Of a stretch of 64,000 nt of DNA, positions 54,155 through 64,000 are shown in pieces (position 1 is the stretch's first letter; each line of letters opens with the position of its first letter). The DNA is from an uncultured Phycisphaerales bacterium. Its GTDB lineage: Bacteria > Planctomycetota > Phycisphaerae > Tepidisphaerales > Tepidisphaeraceae. The stretch covers positions 576,001 to 640,000 of the forward strand of contig CAWJPJ010000006.1 of NCBI GenBank assembly GCA_963844715.1. Direction: 5' to 3'. The translations under genes and the position numbers were made by a program. The notes below the pieces were generated by a model. It was not told where the DNA came from, did no database searches, and was given only the letters and a program-made list of their open reading frames with translations.

Positions 54155-54918
54155 ATGTCCGCCGCGCCCGACCTGGCCAACATCCCCATGCCCCGCCACA
54201 TCGCCGTCATCATGGACGGCAACGGCCGCTGGGCCGTCCAACGCGGCCTGCCGCGCGTCAAGGGCCACCAGGAAGGAGCCAAGACGGTTCGCAATATCGT
54301 CACCGAATGCGCCCGTCTCCATAAGGAGCATGGCGGCCCCGATTTCCTGACCCTCTATTCCTTCAGCCTGGAAAACTGGAAGCGCCCATCGACGAAGTTT
54401 CGTTCCTCATGCAGATGTACATCGAATATCTCCGCTCGGAACGAAAGACGATGATGGACAACAACATCCGCTTCCAGCAGATCGGCCGATTGGAAAACCT
54501 CCCCGATCTGGTTCTTGAGGAAGTGAACCGCACGCTGGAAATGACTGCCGGAAACGACGGCCTGCAAATGATCCTGGCCCTCAATTACGGCAGCCGTGCC
54601 GAGATCACCGACGCCGTCAGAGCCATCGCCGAAAAGGTTGCCGCCGGCTCGATTGACCCGCAGGACATCCAGGAGCAGACTATCAGCGATCATCTCTACA
54701 CGGCCGGCATGCCCGACCCCGACATCCTCATCCGCACCGCCGGCGAAATGCGCGTGAGCAATTATCTCCTCTGGCAAATCAGCTACGCCGAATTAGTGGT
54801 CAGCCCCGTCCTCTGGCCCGATTTCACAATCGAGGATCTACACAAAGCAATCAAAGAATACGCCAGCCGCCATCGGCGGTTTGGGGCGCTGGATCAAACC
54901 AATACGCTTCAGGTTTAA
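54155..54918 (+). CDS. uppS: Undecaprenyl diphosphate synthase; frameshift near 54390
   Basis: [49 protein letters not shown]. Confidence 0.95.
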
Positions 54919-55036
54919 CGGCACATCTCGCGGGCGGGAACGCGGTATTTGTTTTGCGGGGTCAGGCTGCCGGACTTGGTTTGAGCCAGCCGAACCGGTT
55001 TTGCGCAAGTGCCATGAGTTGTTAATATGCACCCGC

Positions 55037-57422
55037 ATGAGTGACGAAACCGTGGACCCCGGGGGCGACTCTTTGCCTGCGCCGGCGCGCCAGAATGCCG
55101 ACGCAACTTTGCCGATGGGGTCACTTGCCGAAGCCGAGCAGACGGTGATCGGGCGGTTTCGATTGCTCGAGAAGATCGGGGAAGGCGGCTTCGGCGCGGT
55201 GTTCGTCGCGGAGCAAAAGCATCCCATCAAGCGGCGGGTAGCGCTCAAGATCATCAAGCTGGGAATGGACACGCGCGCGGTGGTCGCGCGCTTCGAAGCC
55301 GAGCGCCAGGCGCTGGCGATGATGGATCATCCCAACATCGCCGAGGTTTACGACGCCGGCACGACCGATACGGGACGCCCGTATTTTGTGATGGAATTGG
55401 TGCGCGGGATCTCCATCACCGAGTATTGCGATCAGAGCAATCTTCCGCCCGTCGAGCGACTGAATCTGTTCGTGGATGTTTGCCACGCCATCCAGCATGC
55501 GCACCAGAAGGGGATCATTCATCGGGATATCAAACCCTCAAATATTCTGGTCACGCTTCACGACGGCGTACCCGTGCCGAAGGTGATCGACTTCGGAATC
55601 GCCAAGGCGACGCAGGGCGATCTGACCGACAAAACGATTTACACCCAGCTTCTGCAATTCGTGGGAACGCCGGCGTATATGAGCCCCGAACAGGCGCAGC
55701 TCAGCGGGATGGATATCGATACGCGGAGCGACATATACAGCCTTGGGGTGCTCTTGTACGAGTTGCTGACCGGAACGACGCCGTTCGACGCCACCGAGCT
55801 GATGAAGGCGGGGATGGACGAGATGCGGCGGCAGATTCGAGAGACCGATCCGGTGCGCCCGTCAAACCGCCTCAGCGGCATGACCCGCGCGGATTCGACG
55901 ACAACCGCCAAACGCCGCGGAATCGATGCGCACCGGCTGATCAGTCTGCTCCGCGGCGATCTCGACTGGATCGTCATGAAATGCCTCGAGAAGGACCGCA
56001 CGCGGCGTTTCGATACGGCCAACGCGCTGGCAGAGGACATCCAGCGGCATCTGAATAACGAGGCGATCAAGGCCCGTCCGCCCAGCAACGCCTACCGACT
56101 TCAAAAGATGGTGCGCCGAAACAAACTGCTCTTCGGCGCGGCATTCGCGGTCGCGATCGCCCTGCTATTCGGGATTCTGGCAAGCACCTGGCAGGCCGTG
56201 CGCGCACCCGCGCCCAGCGCGAGGCGACCGCGGCGCAGCAGCAGGCGGACGCGGCCAGAAATATCGAGGCGGCCCTGCGCATCCAAGCCGAGGCCGACGA
56301 AAGCAACGCGCAAATCGCGGCGGCGCGCAGCGCGGCCGTGGCGCACTTCATGGAGGACATGCTCAAAGGAGTCGGCCCTTCGGTGGCGCTGGGGCGCGAT
56401 ACGACGTTGCTGCGCGAAATCCTCGATAAGACCGCCAAGCAGCTCGACGAGTTGACCGACCAGCCGGAAGTCGAGGCCGAGCTGAGAAACACCATCGGCG
56501 AGATATATCTGGCGCATGGGCAATTCCGTCAAGGCCGAGGCAATGCAGCGCGAGGCGCTGGCGCTCCAGCGAAAAAGCGAGGGGAACGACACCCTGGACG
56601 TGGCCACGACGGAATACGATCTGGCCAGGGCTCTTCTGGAGCGGAACAACCCCGAGTCCGAATCATTGCACCGCGACGCGCTGGCGATCCGCAGAAAGAT
56701 GTTGGGAAGCGACAGTCCGGAAGTGGCCGAATCCCTGGACAATCTCGCTCGAACGCTGCGCTCGGAGGGCAAATTCGCCGAAGCCGAATCCATGCAAAGG
56801 GAAGCCCTGGCGATTCGAAGAAAACTGAATGGCGACGAGAACGCCGATGTCGCGACCTCGCTGCACAATCTGGCGAATCTTCTGAGCGACCAGAACAAAC
56901 TGGATGAATCGGAAAGCATGCACCGCGAAGCTCTGGCGATTCGCCGCAGGCTCTATGGCGAGGAACAGCCGGACGTCGCGTCGTCCCTCTACGACCTGGC
57001 CCGGGTGCTCCGTGATGAAGGGAAACTGGAGGAGTCCGAGACGTTGCAACGCGAGGCGCTGGCGATTCGCCGAAAGCTGCTCGGGAACGAGCATCGGCGG
57101 GTCGGGGATTCGCTCGAGGAGTTGTCGCGCACGCTGCTTGAAGAAAAGAAATTCCCCGAGGCTGAGTCGGCGGCGCCGCGAGTCCCTGGCGATCTGGCAG
57201 ACGAAGTACCCGGACGCTTATTCCGTATTTGTGGGTCAGAGTCTGCTGGGGGGCTGCCTTCTGGGTGAGAAGAGATACGCTGAAGCCGAGCCGCTGCTGC
57301 TTTCCGGGTACGGGGGGCTCACGCAGCGTGAGGGAACGATGCCCGCGCAGAACAGGGCGAGATTGAAAGAAGCGGTCAAGTGGCTCGCGGAGTTTTACGA
57401 ACAGACCGGGCGCCGGCTCTAA
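55037..57422 (+). CDS. Ser/Thr protein kinase with C-terminal TPR repeats; several frameshifts
   Basis: [30 protein letters not shown] segment; [12 protein letters not shown] repeats. Confidence 0.9.
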
Positions 57423-57507
57423 TGCAGGGGGCGGGAGGAAAGAATCAATGATGCGGAATAAATCGAGAGTCTCGGTCGGACGGGCTGGATCAGGCTTGGC
57501 CGTGCAA

Positions 57508-57807
57508 TCAGACGGTCGCGTCAACTAGATCGCCGTCTTCCACCCTATTGGCGTGGCTCATGTAATACTCCCACAGCACTTCAGGGTCCCAAATTTCGCG
57601 ATTATAGAACTCGGAACAGAAATAGCGGTTATCGTCCCCCATCGCCTCTTCAAAGCGCCGGGCAAAATCCGCGGCTCCCCCGCTTTTTACGTAATAACAC
57701 ACCAGCACTTCCGGATCATGCACCGGCCGCCTATGCGCCTGGGAGCAAAACCACCGATTCAGAGACCCCAACGCCTCATCCAGTTGCAGCCGAACCCGCA
57801 CGTCCAT
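57508..57807 (-). CDS. Hypothetical protein
   Basis: GGAGGA RBS; 99 aa with internal duplication NRWFCSQ...DPEVL / NRYFCSE...DPEVL. Confidence 0.65.
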   Translation of the reverse strand: MDVRVRLQLDEALGSLNRWFCSQAHRRPVHDPEVLVCYYVKSGGAADFARRFEEAMGDDNRYFCSEFYNREIWDPEVLWEYYMSHANRVEDGDLVDATV

Positions 57808-57954
57808 GTTCAGTCGTCCTCCATGGGCCGGAAATTCTAATGACCGACCTCAGGAATAAAAGAGAATTTTGCGCACCGCCACATCTTTTTTTACGATTTT
57901 GTTAGCCGGGTGTTCATTTGTTATGTGCCCGCGCCAATATATCATACGCGGAAA

Positions 57955-58365
57955 ATGGTCCAGATCGGCGGCAAGATCGTGCGCGGGTATGGCTGGGCCA
58001 CCAAATACCTCAAACTTCAAATCCCTGTCATAGCAAGGGAATTTCCGGAAATCGAGATCTGCCATCGCGGGTCGATTAATGTGCTGCTCGATAGGCCATT
58101 GCGCATCGAGCATCCCGATCACATCACCCGGCGGATCAATTGGAAGATCATGAAGGAGGTCTTTCATTTCACACGAATTGAGTTTCAACTTGCAGGCCGC
58201 CCCACCTGGCACCGCGCCTGGATCTACGGCCCCCAGAATTCGCCGCACCGGGTGAATCCGTTTTATATCGAGGTGATTTGCCCCAAAATTGCCCTTGGCC
58301 GATCGCGCCGCTGCCACATCCGAATTCATCGTCGGGCCAAAACGGTCCCAATGACGATAATCTGA
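57955..58365 (+). CDS. Hypothetical protein resembling the CTP-dependent riboflavin kinase fold
   Basis: GKIVRGYGWA and HRGSINV resemble the GxVxxGxG and PGTLN motifs. Confidence 0.45.
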   Translation: MVQIGGKIVRGYGWATKYLKLQIPVIAREFPEIEICHRGSINVLLDRPLRIEHPDHITRRINWKIMKEVFHFTRIEFQLAGRPTWHRAWIYGPQNSPHRVNPFYIEVICPKIALGRSRRCHIRIHRRAKTVPMTII

Positions 58366-58381
58366 CAAGTCCCAATCTTAT

Positions 58382-58423
58382 CCCCTCTCCCCGGTATGCC
58401 GGGGAGAGGGTCAGGGTGAGGGG
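58382..58423. repeat. REP-like palindrome
   Basis: CCCTCTCCCCGG-TATG-CCGGGGAGAGGG-TCAGGGTGAGGGG. Confidence 0.7.
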
Positions 58424-58487
58424 CAAAACGGCAACATGCTCGAGTCTGCAGTTTCGCGCGATAATGTCGATAATCTAAACACCGCCT

Positions 58488-59420
58488 ATGCAAGAATCCC
58501 TCCGCAATCGACTCACCTACGGCCCCATCATGCTGGCGGCGCTGCTCGGCCTCCTCTATTTCGATTACTGGGTCGAAAAAACCACCGCCGGCCGACTGGA
58601 TCATTCCATCCTCCACCCCGCCCCCGGCCAGGGACTCGCCGGCGCGGGCGTCGCCATCTTGCTCCTGGTTCTGCTGCCCCTGGCAACCGTTGAAATGGCC
58701 CAACTTCTGACCGCCGAGCGAGTGCGCCCCTATCGCACACTCGCCGCCTTCGGCTCCGGCATGCTCGTCATCCACGGCTTCCTCACCCAATTCCCCTGGT
58801 TCCAGCACATCGCCGCCTCGACCCTCGCCTTCATCATCGTCCTGACCATGGTTTTCGCCGCCGCCCGCCGCGCCGGCGCCGGCCACACCCAGGAAGCCAT
58901 CACCCGCATGGCCGGCACCGTCTCGTCGATGCTCTACCTCGGCGGCCTGGGCTGGTTCCTAATGGCCTTGCGCGTCAAACATTCTTCCGACGTCGTCCAC
59001 GGCTACCAGGGTTCCACCCAAGCCGTAGTCATGATCCTCCTGGTCGTAAAATTCACAGACATCGGCGCCTACTTCGGCGGCCGATCCCTCGGAAAACGAA
59101 AACTCATCCCCTGGCTCAGCCCCGGAAAAACCTGGGAAGGCCTAGCCTGCGGCCTGGCCACCGCGGCAATCGTCGGACTGATTTGCGCTTTGGTCTGGCG
59201 ACATGCACTCAGCACCCTCAAGTGGGACAAAGCCCTCCTCTTCGGCGTCATCATCGGCGGCGTAGGCCAACTCGGCGACCTCCTCGAAAGCCTCTTCAAG
59301 CGCGACGCCGAGGTAAAAGACAGCGGCAACTTCATCCCAGGCTTCGGCGGACTGCTGGATGTGATCGACAGCCCCCTACTCGCCGCCCCGGCGGCTTATC
59401 TTTTATTCAGTCTTTTTTGA
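58488..59420 (+). CDS. cdsA: Phosphatidate cytidylyltransferase
   Basis: DIGAYFGG, SPGKTWEG, GDLLESLFKRDAEVKDSG, GGLLDVIDS. Confidence 0.95.
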   Translation: MQESLRNRLTYGPIMLAALLGLLYFDYWVEKTTAGRLDHSILHPAPGQGLAGAGVAILLLVLLPLATVEMAQLLTAERVRPYRTLAAFGSGMLVIHGFLTQFPWFQHIAASTLAFIIVLTMVFAAARRAGAGHTQEAITRMAGTVSSMLYLGGLGWFLMALRVKHSSDVVHGYQGSTQAVVMILLVVKFTDIGAYFGGRSLGKRKLIPWLSPGKTWEGLACGLATAAIVGLICALVWRHALSTLKWDKALLFGVIIGGVGQLGDLLESLFKRDAEVKDSGNFIPGFGGLLDVIDSPLLAAPAAYLLFSLF

Positions 59421-59553
59421 ACCGCGGATTTCGCGGATGCGCACGGATGAAGAGAAAACCGCCTCGGACTCACTCCGTCTCCAAGTCTCTTCGTTTCTTT
59501 GTCTCTACGAGAATTGAATTCTTATCCGCGCCATCCGCGAAATCCGCGGTTAA
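59417..59553. repeat. Nonamer-periodic palindrome with a long spacer, between convergent genes
   Basis: AACCGCGGATTTCGCGGATGCGCACGGAT ... ATCCGCGCCATCCGCGAAATCCGCGGTT. Confidence 0.85.
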
Positions 59554-59556
59554 AAT

Positions 59557-61014
59557 TTATTTTTTCAGTTTTCGAAGTTCCTCAATTACATCCGCCATCG
59601 GTTTGGACCAATCTCCGGGCTTGCTCTGTCGAAAGAGTCTGACCCTCGGATACCAGGGGCTTTCCTCGCCGTTCATCATCCACCTCCAATCCGGCAAAAA
59701 TGGCAGGAGCACCCAAACCGGTTTGCCCATCGCCGCCGCCAGATGAACGACGGACGTGTCGACCGAAATAACCAAATCCAAATTCGCAACTAGCGCCGCC
59801 GTGTCGGCGAAATCGAGAAGTTCATCCGCCCAATCGATCAATCGCATGCCGCCCGGCGGTTCCGCCGCTTGTTTCGCAGCTTCACCTTTTTGAAGACTAT
59901 AAAAACACGCTCCCGGAATCGTCGCGAGCGGTGCGAAATCCGCCAACGCCATCGAACGATTCCGATCGTTCCTATGCGAAGGGCTCCCCGCCCAAGCGAT
60001 TCCCACATTCACCGCAGGCCCGCTTCGCTGCACGCGGCCCCGCCACTTTTCGACCGCCCCCTCTTCCGCAACCAATGGAGTCTGAGTTGGAATGTTCTGA
60101 AGCGTGGTTTTGAACAGCCCCGGCAAGCTAAGAATCGGACAAGAAACATCGAACGCGGGCACCGGATCCTCGTCTGAGACCCAGGCATCGGCCCCGGGCA
60201 ATTGCCGGAGCAATCGAAGCAGACTCGCCGGAACTTGCACCAACACGCGCCCGCCGCGCTGCGCAACCAGCGGCAAGTACCGAATGAACTGAATCACATC
60301 CCCTGCCCCCTGCTCCGAATGCAAAAGAATCGTCCGCCCCTTCAATTCGCTGCCATCCCAGCGAGACTGCGAAAACATCCCCGTTCCTGAACCAAACGCC
60401 CGGTCTTTCCAACGCCATTCATACTCGCGCCAGCCGGCGGAAAAATCCCCGCTTAGGAGCAAAGCCATCGCCAGCTGCCCGTGAATTTCCGCATCGTCCG
60501 GCCGCAGAACGATCGCCCGCCGATACTCCGCGATCCCCTCAACGAGTCGCCCAATCGCCGTCAGCTCGCTCCCCAGATAGTAATGCGCCTCGCCATACTC
60601 CGGCCGCAGCAAAATCGCCCGCCGGTATTCTTCGATCGCCTCCTCGACCCGCCCCTGATCTCGAAGCACATTCCCCAGATTGCTGTGCGCCTCCGGTATG
60701 TTGGGATTGAGTTCGATCGCTTTTCGGTAAGTCGCGGCCGCCTCATCAAGCCGGCCAAGGTCCTTCAAGGCGTTCCCAAGATTGCTGTGTGCCCCCGCGG
60801 CGTTCGGTTGGAGGGCGATCGCTTGCCCAATCAACTCGACGGATGCCTCTTTCTGCCCCGCCTGGTAAGCGATGACTCCAAGATAATGCAAAGCCCCCGC
60901 ATGCCGCGGATTCCGCGCCAGAATCATTCTGTAGATTTGCTCCGCTTCGCGCAGGCGTCCCCCCTGATGGTGTTGCAAAGCCAGGGTGAACATTTGTTGG
61001 CTGTCCGCAGTCAT
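59557..61014 (-). CDS. TPR-repeat protein with C-terminal GT9-like glycosyltransferase domain
   Basis: TPRs (AHSNLGN), EYEWRW, EQGAGD, DLVISVDTSVVHLA, DWRW, SPWYP. Confidence 0.9.
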   Translation of the reverse strand: MTADSQQMFTLALQHHQGGRLREAEQIYRMILARNPRHAGALHYLGVIAYQAGQKEASVELIGQAIALQPNAAGAHSNLGNALKDLGRLDEAAATYRKAIELNPNIPEAHSNLGNVLRDQGRVEEAIEEYRRAILLRPEYGEAHYYLGSELTAIGRLVEGIAEYRRAIVLRPDDAEIHGQLAMALLLSGDFSAGWREYEWRWKDRAFGSGTGMFSQSRWDGSELKGRTILLHSEQGAGDVIQFIRYLPLVAQRGGRVLVQVPASLLRLLRQLPGADAWVSDEDPVPAFDVSCPILSLPGLFKTTLQNIPTQTPLVAEEGAVEKWRGRVQRSGPAVNVGIAWAGSPSHRNDRNRSMALADFAPLATIPGACFYSLQKGEAAKQAAEPPGGMRLIDWADELLDFADTAALVANLDLVISVDTSVVHLAAAMGKPVWVLLPFLPDWRWMMNGEESPWYPRVRLFRQSKPGDWSKPMADVIEELRKLKK

Positions 61015-61218
61015 TTGAGCAGTCCAATTCTTTTAACCGGAACGGTCCTCCGCCGAGCCGGATCGTAGACCCGTCCCGGACACCTATGAGTATAATTTGA
61101 TGCGTAACTCCGGCCAGCCAAGCCAATTGCGTAATGGGGTGCTCCTATCGCTTTTTCTGCCTGATTTAAGGACAATAATACTGGATAGCCGGAATAAACC
61201 GGCCGAAGCCATATAGCT

Positions 61219-62202
61219 GTGCAACTCAACATCGCCCTCGAACAACCTGAAAAGAAGCTCGCCCTTTTTGGCACGGCGGATCGCCATCTGCGCATGATCC
61301 GCCAGACCTTCGGCGTCCAGGTCGTCGGCCACGACGACCGCATCACGCTCAGCGGCGACCGCCAGCAACTCGACAAAGTCGCCGGCGTTTTGGACCACCT
61401 CCAAAAAGCTCTGCGCCGCCAGGATTGGCTCAGCGCGGAAGAAGTCGGCCGAGCCATCGGCCAAGCCGCCCAGGAATCCGCGGAGCATTCGCCCGACGAA
61501 ATTGACGTATATGCACGCGGACATTTCGTCCAGCCGCGCACCGCCGGCCAGCGCCTCTACATCGACGCGATCCAGAATCACGACCTGACCTTCTGCATCG
61601 GCCCCGCCGGCACGGGCAAAACGTATCTCGCCGTCGCGGTGGCCGCCAGTTTGCTTAAGCACGGGAAGGTGAAGCGCATCGTCCTGGCCCGCCCGGCAGT
61701 TGAAGCCGGCGAACGCCTCGGGTTCCTGCCCGGCGACCTCCAGGCAAAGGTAAATCCCTACCTTCGCCCGCTTTTTGACGCGTTGCACGACATGATGGAT
61801 TTCGAGCAGGTGAAACGGTTTATGGTCAATGACGTCATCGAGGTCATCCCTCTGGCGTTTATGCGCGGGCGAACCTTGAACGAAAGTGTTATAATCCTGG
61901 ACGAGGCTCAGAACACAACAGCCGCGCAAATGCTGATGTTCCTGACTCGACTTGGACACGATTCAAGGATGATCGTCACAGGGGATACCACGCAGGTCGA
62001 CCTACCGGCCGACGTGCGCAGTGGATTGGTTGACGCCATGGAGCGTCTTTCTGGCATTCGGGGAATCGCCACGGTACAGCTTCAGCGTTCCGACATCGTT
62101 CGTCACCGCCTCGTTCAGAACATCGTCAACGCCTATGAACGAAACGGAAACGCACGGCACGATTCAGGGGCGAAGAACGCCTCGGAGAGGGAGGAAGTCT
62201 AA
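61219..62202 (+). CDS. phoH: PhoH-like ATPase
   Basis: GPAGTGKTYLA, RPAVEAGERLGFLPG, AFMRGRT, LDEAQN, DIVRHRLV. Confidence 0.95.
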   Translation: MQLNIALEQPEKKLALFGTADRHLRMIRQTFGVQVVGHDDRITLSGDRQQLDKVAGVLDHLQKALRRQDWLSAEEVGRAIGQAAQESAEHSPDEIDVYARGHFVQPRTAGQRLYIDAIQNHDLTFCIGPAGTGKTYLAVAVAASLLKHGKVKRIVLARPAVEAGERLGFLPGDLQAKVNPYLRPLFDALHDMMDFEQVKRFMVNDVIEVIPLAFMRGRTLNESVIILDEAQNTTAAQMLMFLTRLGHDSRMIVTGDTTQVDLPADVRSGLVDAMERLSGIRGIATVQLQRSDIVRHRLVQNIVNAYERNGNARHDSGAKNASEREEV

Positions 62203-64000
62203 GTGTTCGGTCTGGACCGAAGATTTTCGGGCCCGCGACGCAGGCAGGTCGCCCGCGACGGGCGAACCATGTACTCCCCGCCGTCGGCGTGGCACATCCT
62301 GCGCGAGCGCGGCGGCATGGGTTCCCTCGGCATCGCCGCCGTCTTCTGCGTCGTCCTCATCGGCCTCTTCATGCTCCGCCAGGAAGTCGTCCCCTTCCGG
62401 CCAGGGCAATACGTTCCGCACGACATCACCGCCCGCGTCGATTTCACATTCTTCGATCAGGATGAAGACACCCGGCTCATCGATCTGGCCCGCAAAGAGG
62501 CGCCGCACGTTTACCATCCCGTGGCAGCCGACGTTTGGGATGCGATTCAATCCGATCTGCTTTCCCTTCCCGACAAGGTTCACGGCCTGACGCCGCAGGA
62601 ACTTGATCCGCCTCTTCGTGACATTCTGGACAGCGGGTCGATCACGCAGCTTGACCAGGATCGCACCGGCCCGGACCGCCGCCGATACGAAGACAACGTT
62701 CATAGCTTCATCGCCTATGCCGAGTTGCACATTCCGGGCGACGGGCGGCCGCTGGTCGTCCTGCCGCAGGACGATTGGGCGCGAGACGCAGCTTTCTGAT
62801 GCCGGGGAGCACGGCAAGATCATCCTTCGGACCCCGCCAAGCCCCACTTCCGCGGCCGTGCCGCCCGAGCAGGTGATCGATCCGCTTCAGGATGCGTATT
62901 CGACCAATCTTCCCGGCTCGGTGCTCACCCGCCTGCAGGACTACGCCGCGGGATTTTGATCTGGGCCTCGGCGCCAAGATCGCGCATATCACCTTTGCCG
63001 AGTTGGAAGCGCATCCAACTTATGAATTGGACGAAATCGCGACGGCCGAGGAGAAAAATACCGCCGGAGACCATGTCGACCGGAGTCTGGCGAACTTCGA
63101 GTTCCCGCGCAACGGCGTAATCGTCCAACAGGGAATTATCACCGAACGCGATTGGCGAGTGCTGGTCGCCGAAAACCAGGCCTACTACCGGTCGCTCACG
63201 GCGGACGCGCTGGCAATGTGGCGCTATCGCCTGGGATTGGCCCTGATTGGCATCATCGTCACCATTATTTTGTCCGCCTACGTGGTGCGCTATCAGCCGC
63301 GCGTCGTGCGAAATCACACCCGCGGGACCGCCTTGGCGGGGCTCCTGCTGTCCATGCTTCTGGTGTCGCAATTGGCGGGGATTGGCAGCAACTCTCTGTT
63401 CATCTTCGCCACGGCCCCGACGATTCTGGCGGCAATGATCCTCACCATCGCCTACGACCAGCGCTTCGCGATCGGCGTAGCCACAATCCATGCAATGGTG
63501 GTCACCGCCGCCCTCGACCAGAACCTCGGCTTCTTCTTCATCCTGTGGGCAGGCGTGCTGACGGCGTGTTATCTACTCGACGACATCCGCACCCGCAGCA
63601 AACTAATTGAAGTCGGCGGGGCCGCAGCCCTGGCGATGATCCTCGTCACCGCCGCCGTCGGCGCGATGCAGATGGAGCCGGTGAATTTTATCGCCTCAAA
63701 CGCGCTCTATGTCGGAGCGGGCGGATTATTCGCGGGATTCATCGTGCTCGGCATTCTGCCGTTTATTGAAAAGGCGTTCCGCATCACGACGAGCATGACC
63801 TTCCTCGAGCTGGCGGACGCCAGCCAACCCTTGCTGCGCCGGCTGGCGCTGGAAGCGCCGGGTACTTACAACCACAGTCTACAGGTGGCGACGCTCGCCG
63901 AAGCCGCGGCTGATGCCATCGGGGCGAACTCGCTCCTTTGCCGCGTGGGGAGCTATTACCACGACATCGGAAAGATCAACAAGCCGGACTATTTCGTTGA
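62203..64000 (+). CDS. 7TM-HDIG family phosphohydrolase (PgpH-like), frameshifted, runs off the window edge
   Basis: Follows phoH. TM plus extracellular domain, then multiple TMs, then APGTYNHSLQV and YYHDIGK at the window end. Confidence 0.88.

Noticed and set aside
56520..57180. 126-bp periodic repeats (CTGGCGATTCG...)
   Set aside because: These are ordinary 42-aa TPR repeats of the kinase.

Overview
High-GC bacterial chromosome segment. The gene repertoire (MoxR/VWA/DUF58/BatA cluster, TPR Ser/Thr kinase, secreted beta-helix protein, GTP-type PEPCK, citramalate synthase) suggests a planctomycete, possibly Phycisphaerae; this is an inference. Housekeeping genes include ilvA, rmuC, recA, rex, xseA, purA, hpt, pckG, cimA, uppS, cdsA, phoH and tRNA-Asp. 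About 20 genes carry small frameshifts that are most likely long-read assembly errors. The main unexplained structure is a family of six heptamer-periodic inverted-repeat elements (GAAACCC/GAAATCC/GAATGAC units), each placed right after a stop codon. One copy (13941-14410) encloses a four-helix-bundle (IVP/Avd-like) gene. The other five are about 130-bp empty versions, two of which resemble internal deletions of the gene-bearing copy. Pairs of them bracket apparently unrelated genes in and beside the MoxR operon. Also present: an Ile-rich leader-peptide attenuator upstream of cimA, two HUH (RAYT-like) transposases with different repeat families, a nonamer-periodic palindrome family, a structured recA leader, an orphan HigA with a HigB remnant, and a block of apparently reversed G/C skew. 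Family calls come from motif recognition only; no database searches were run.
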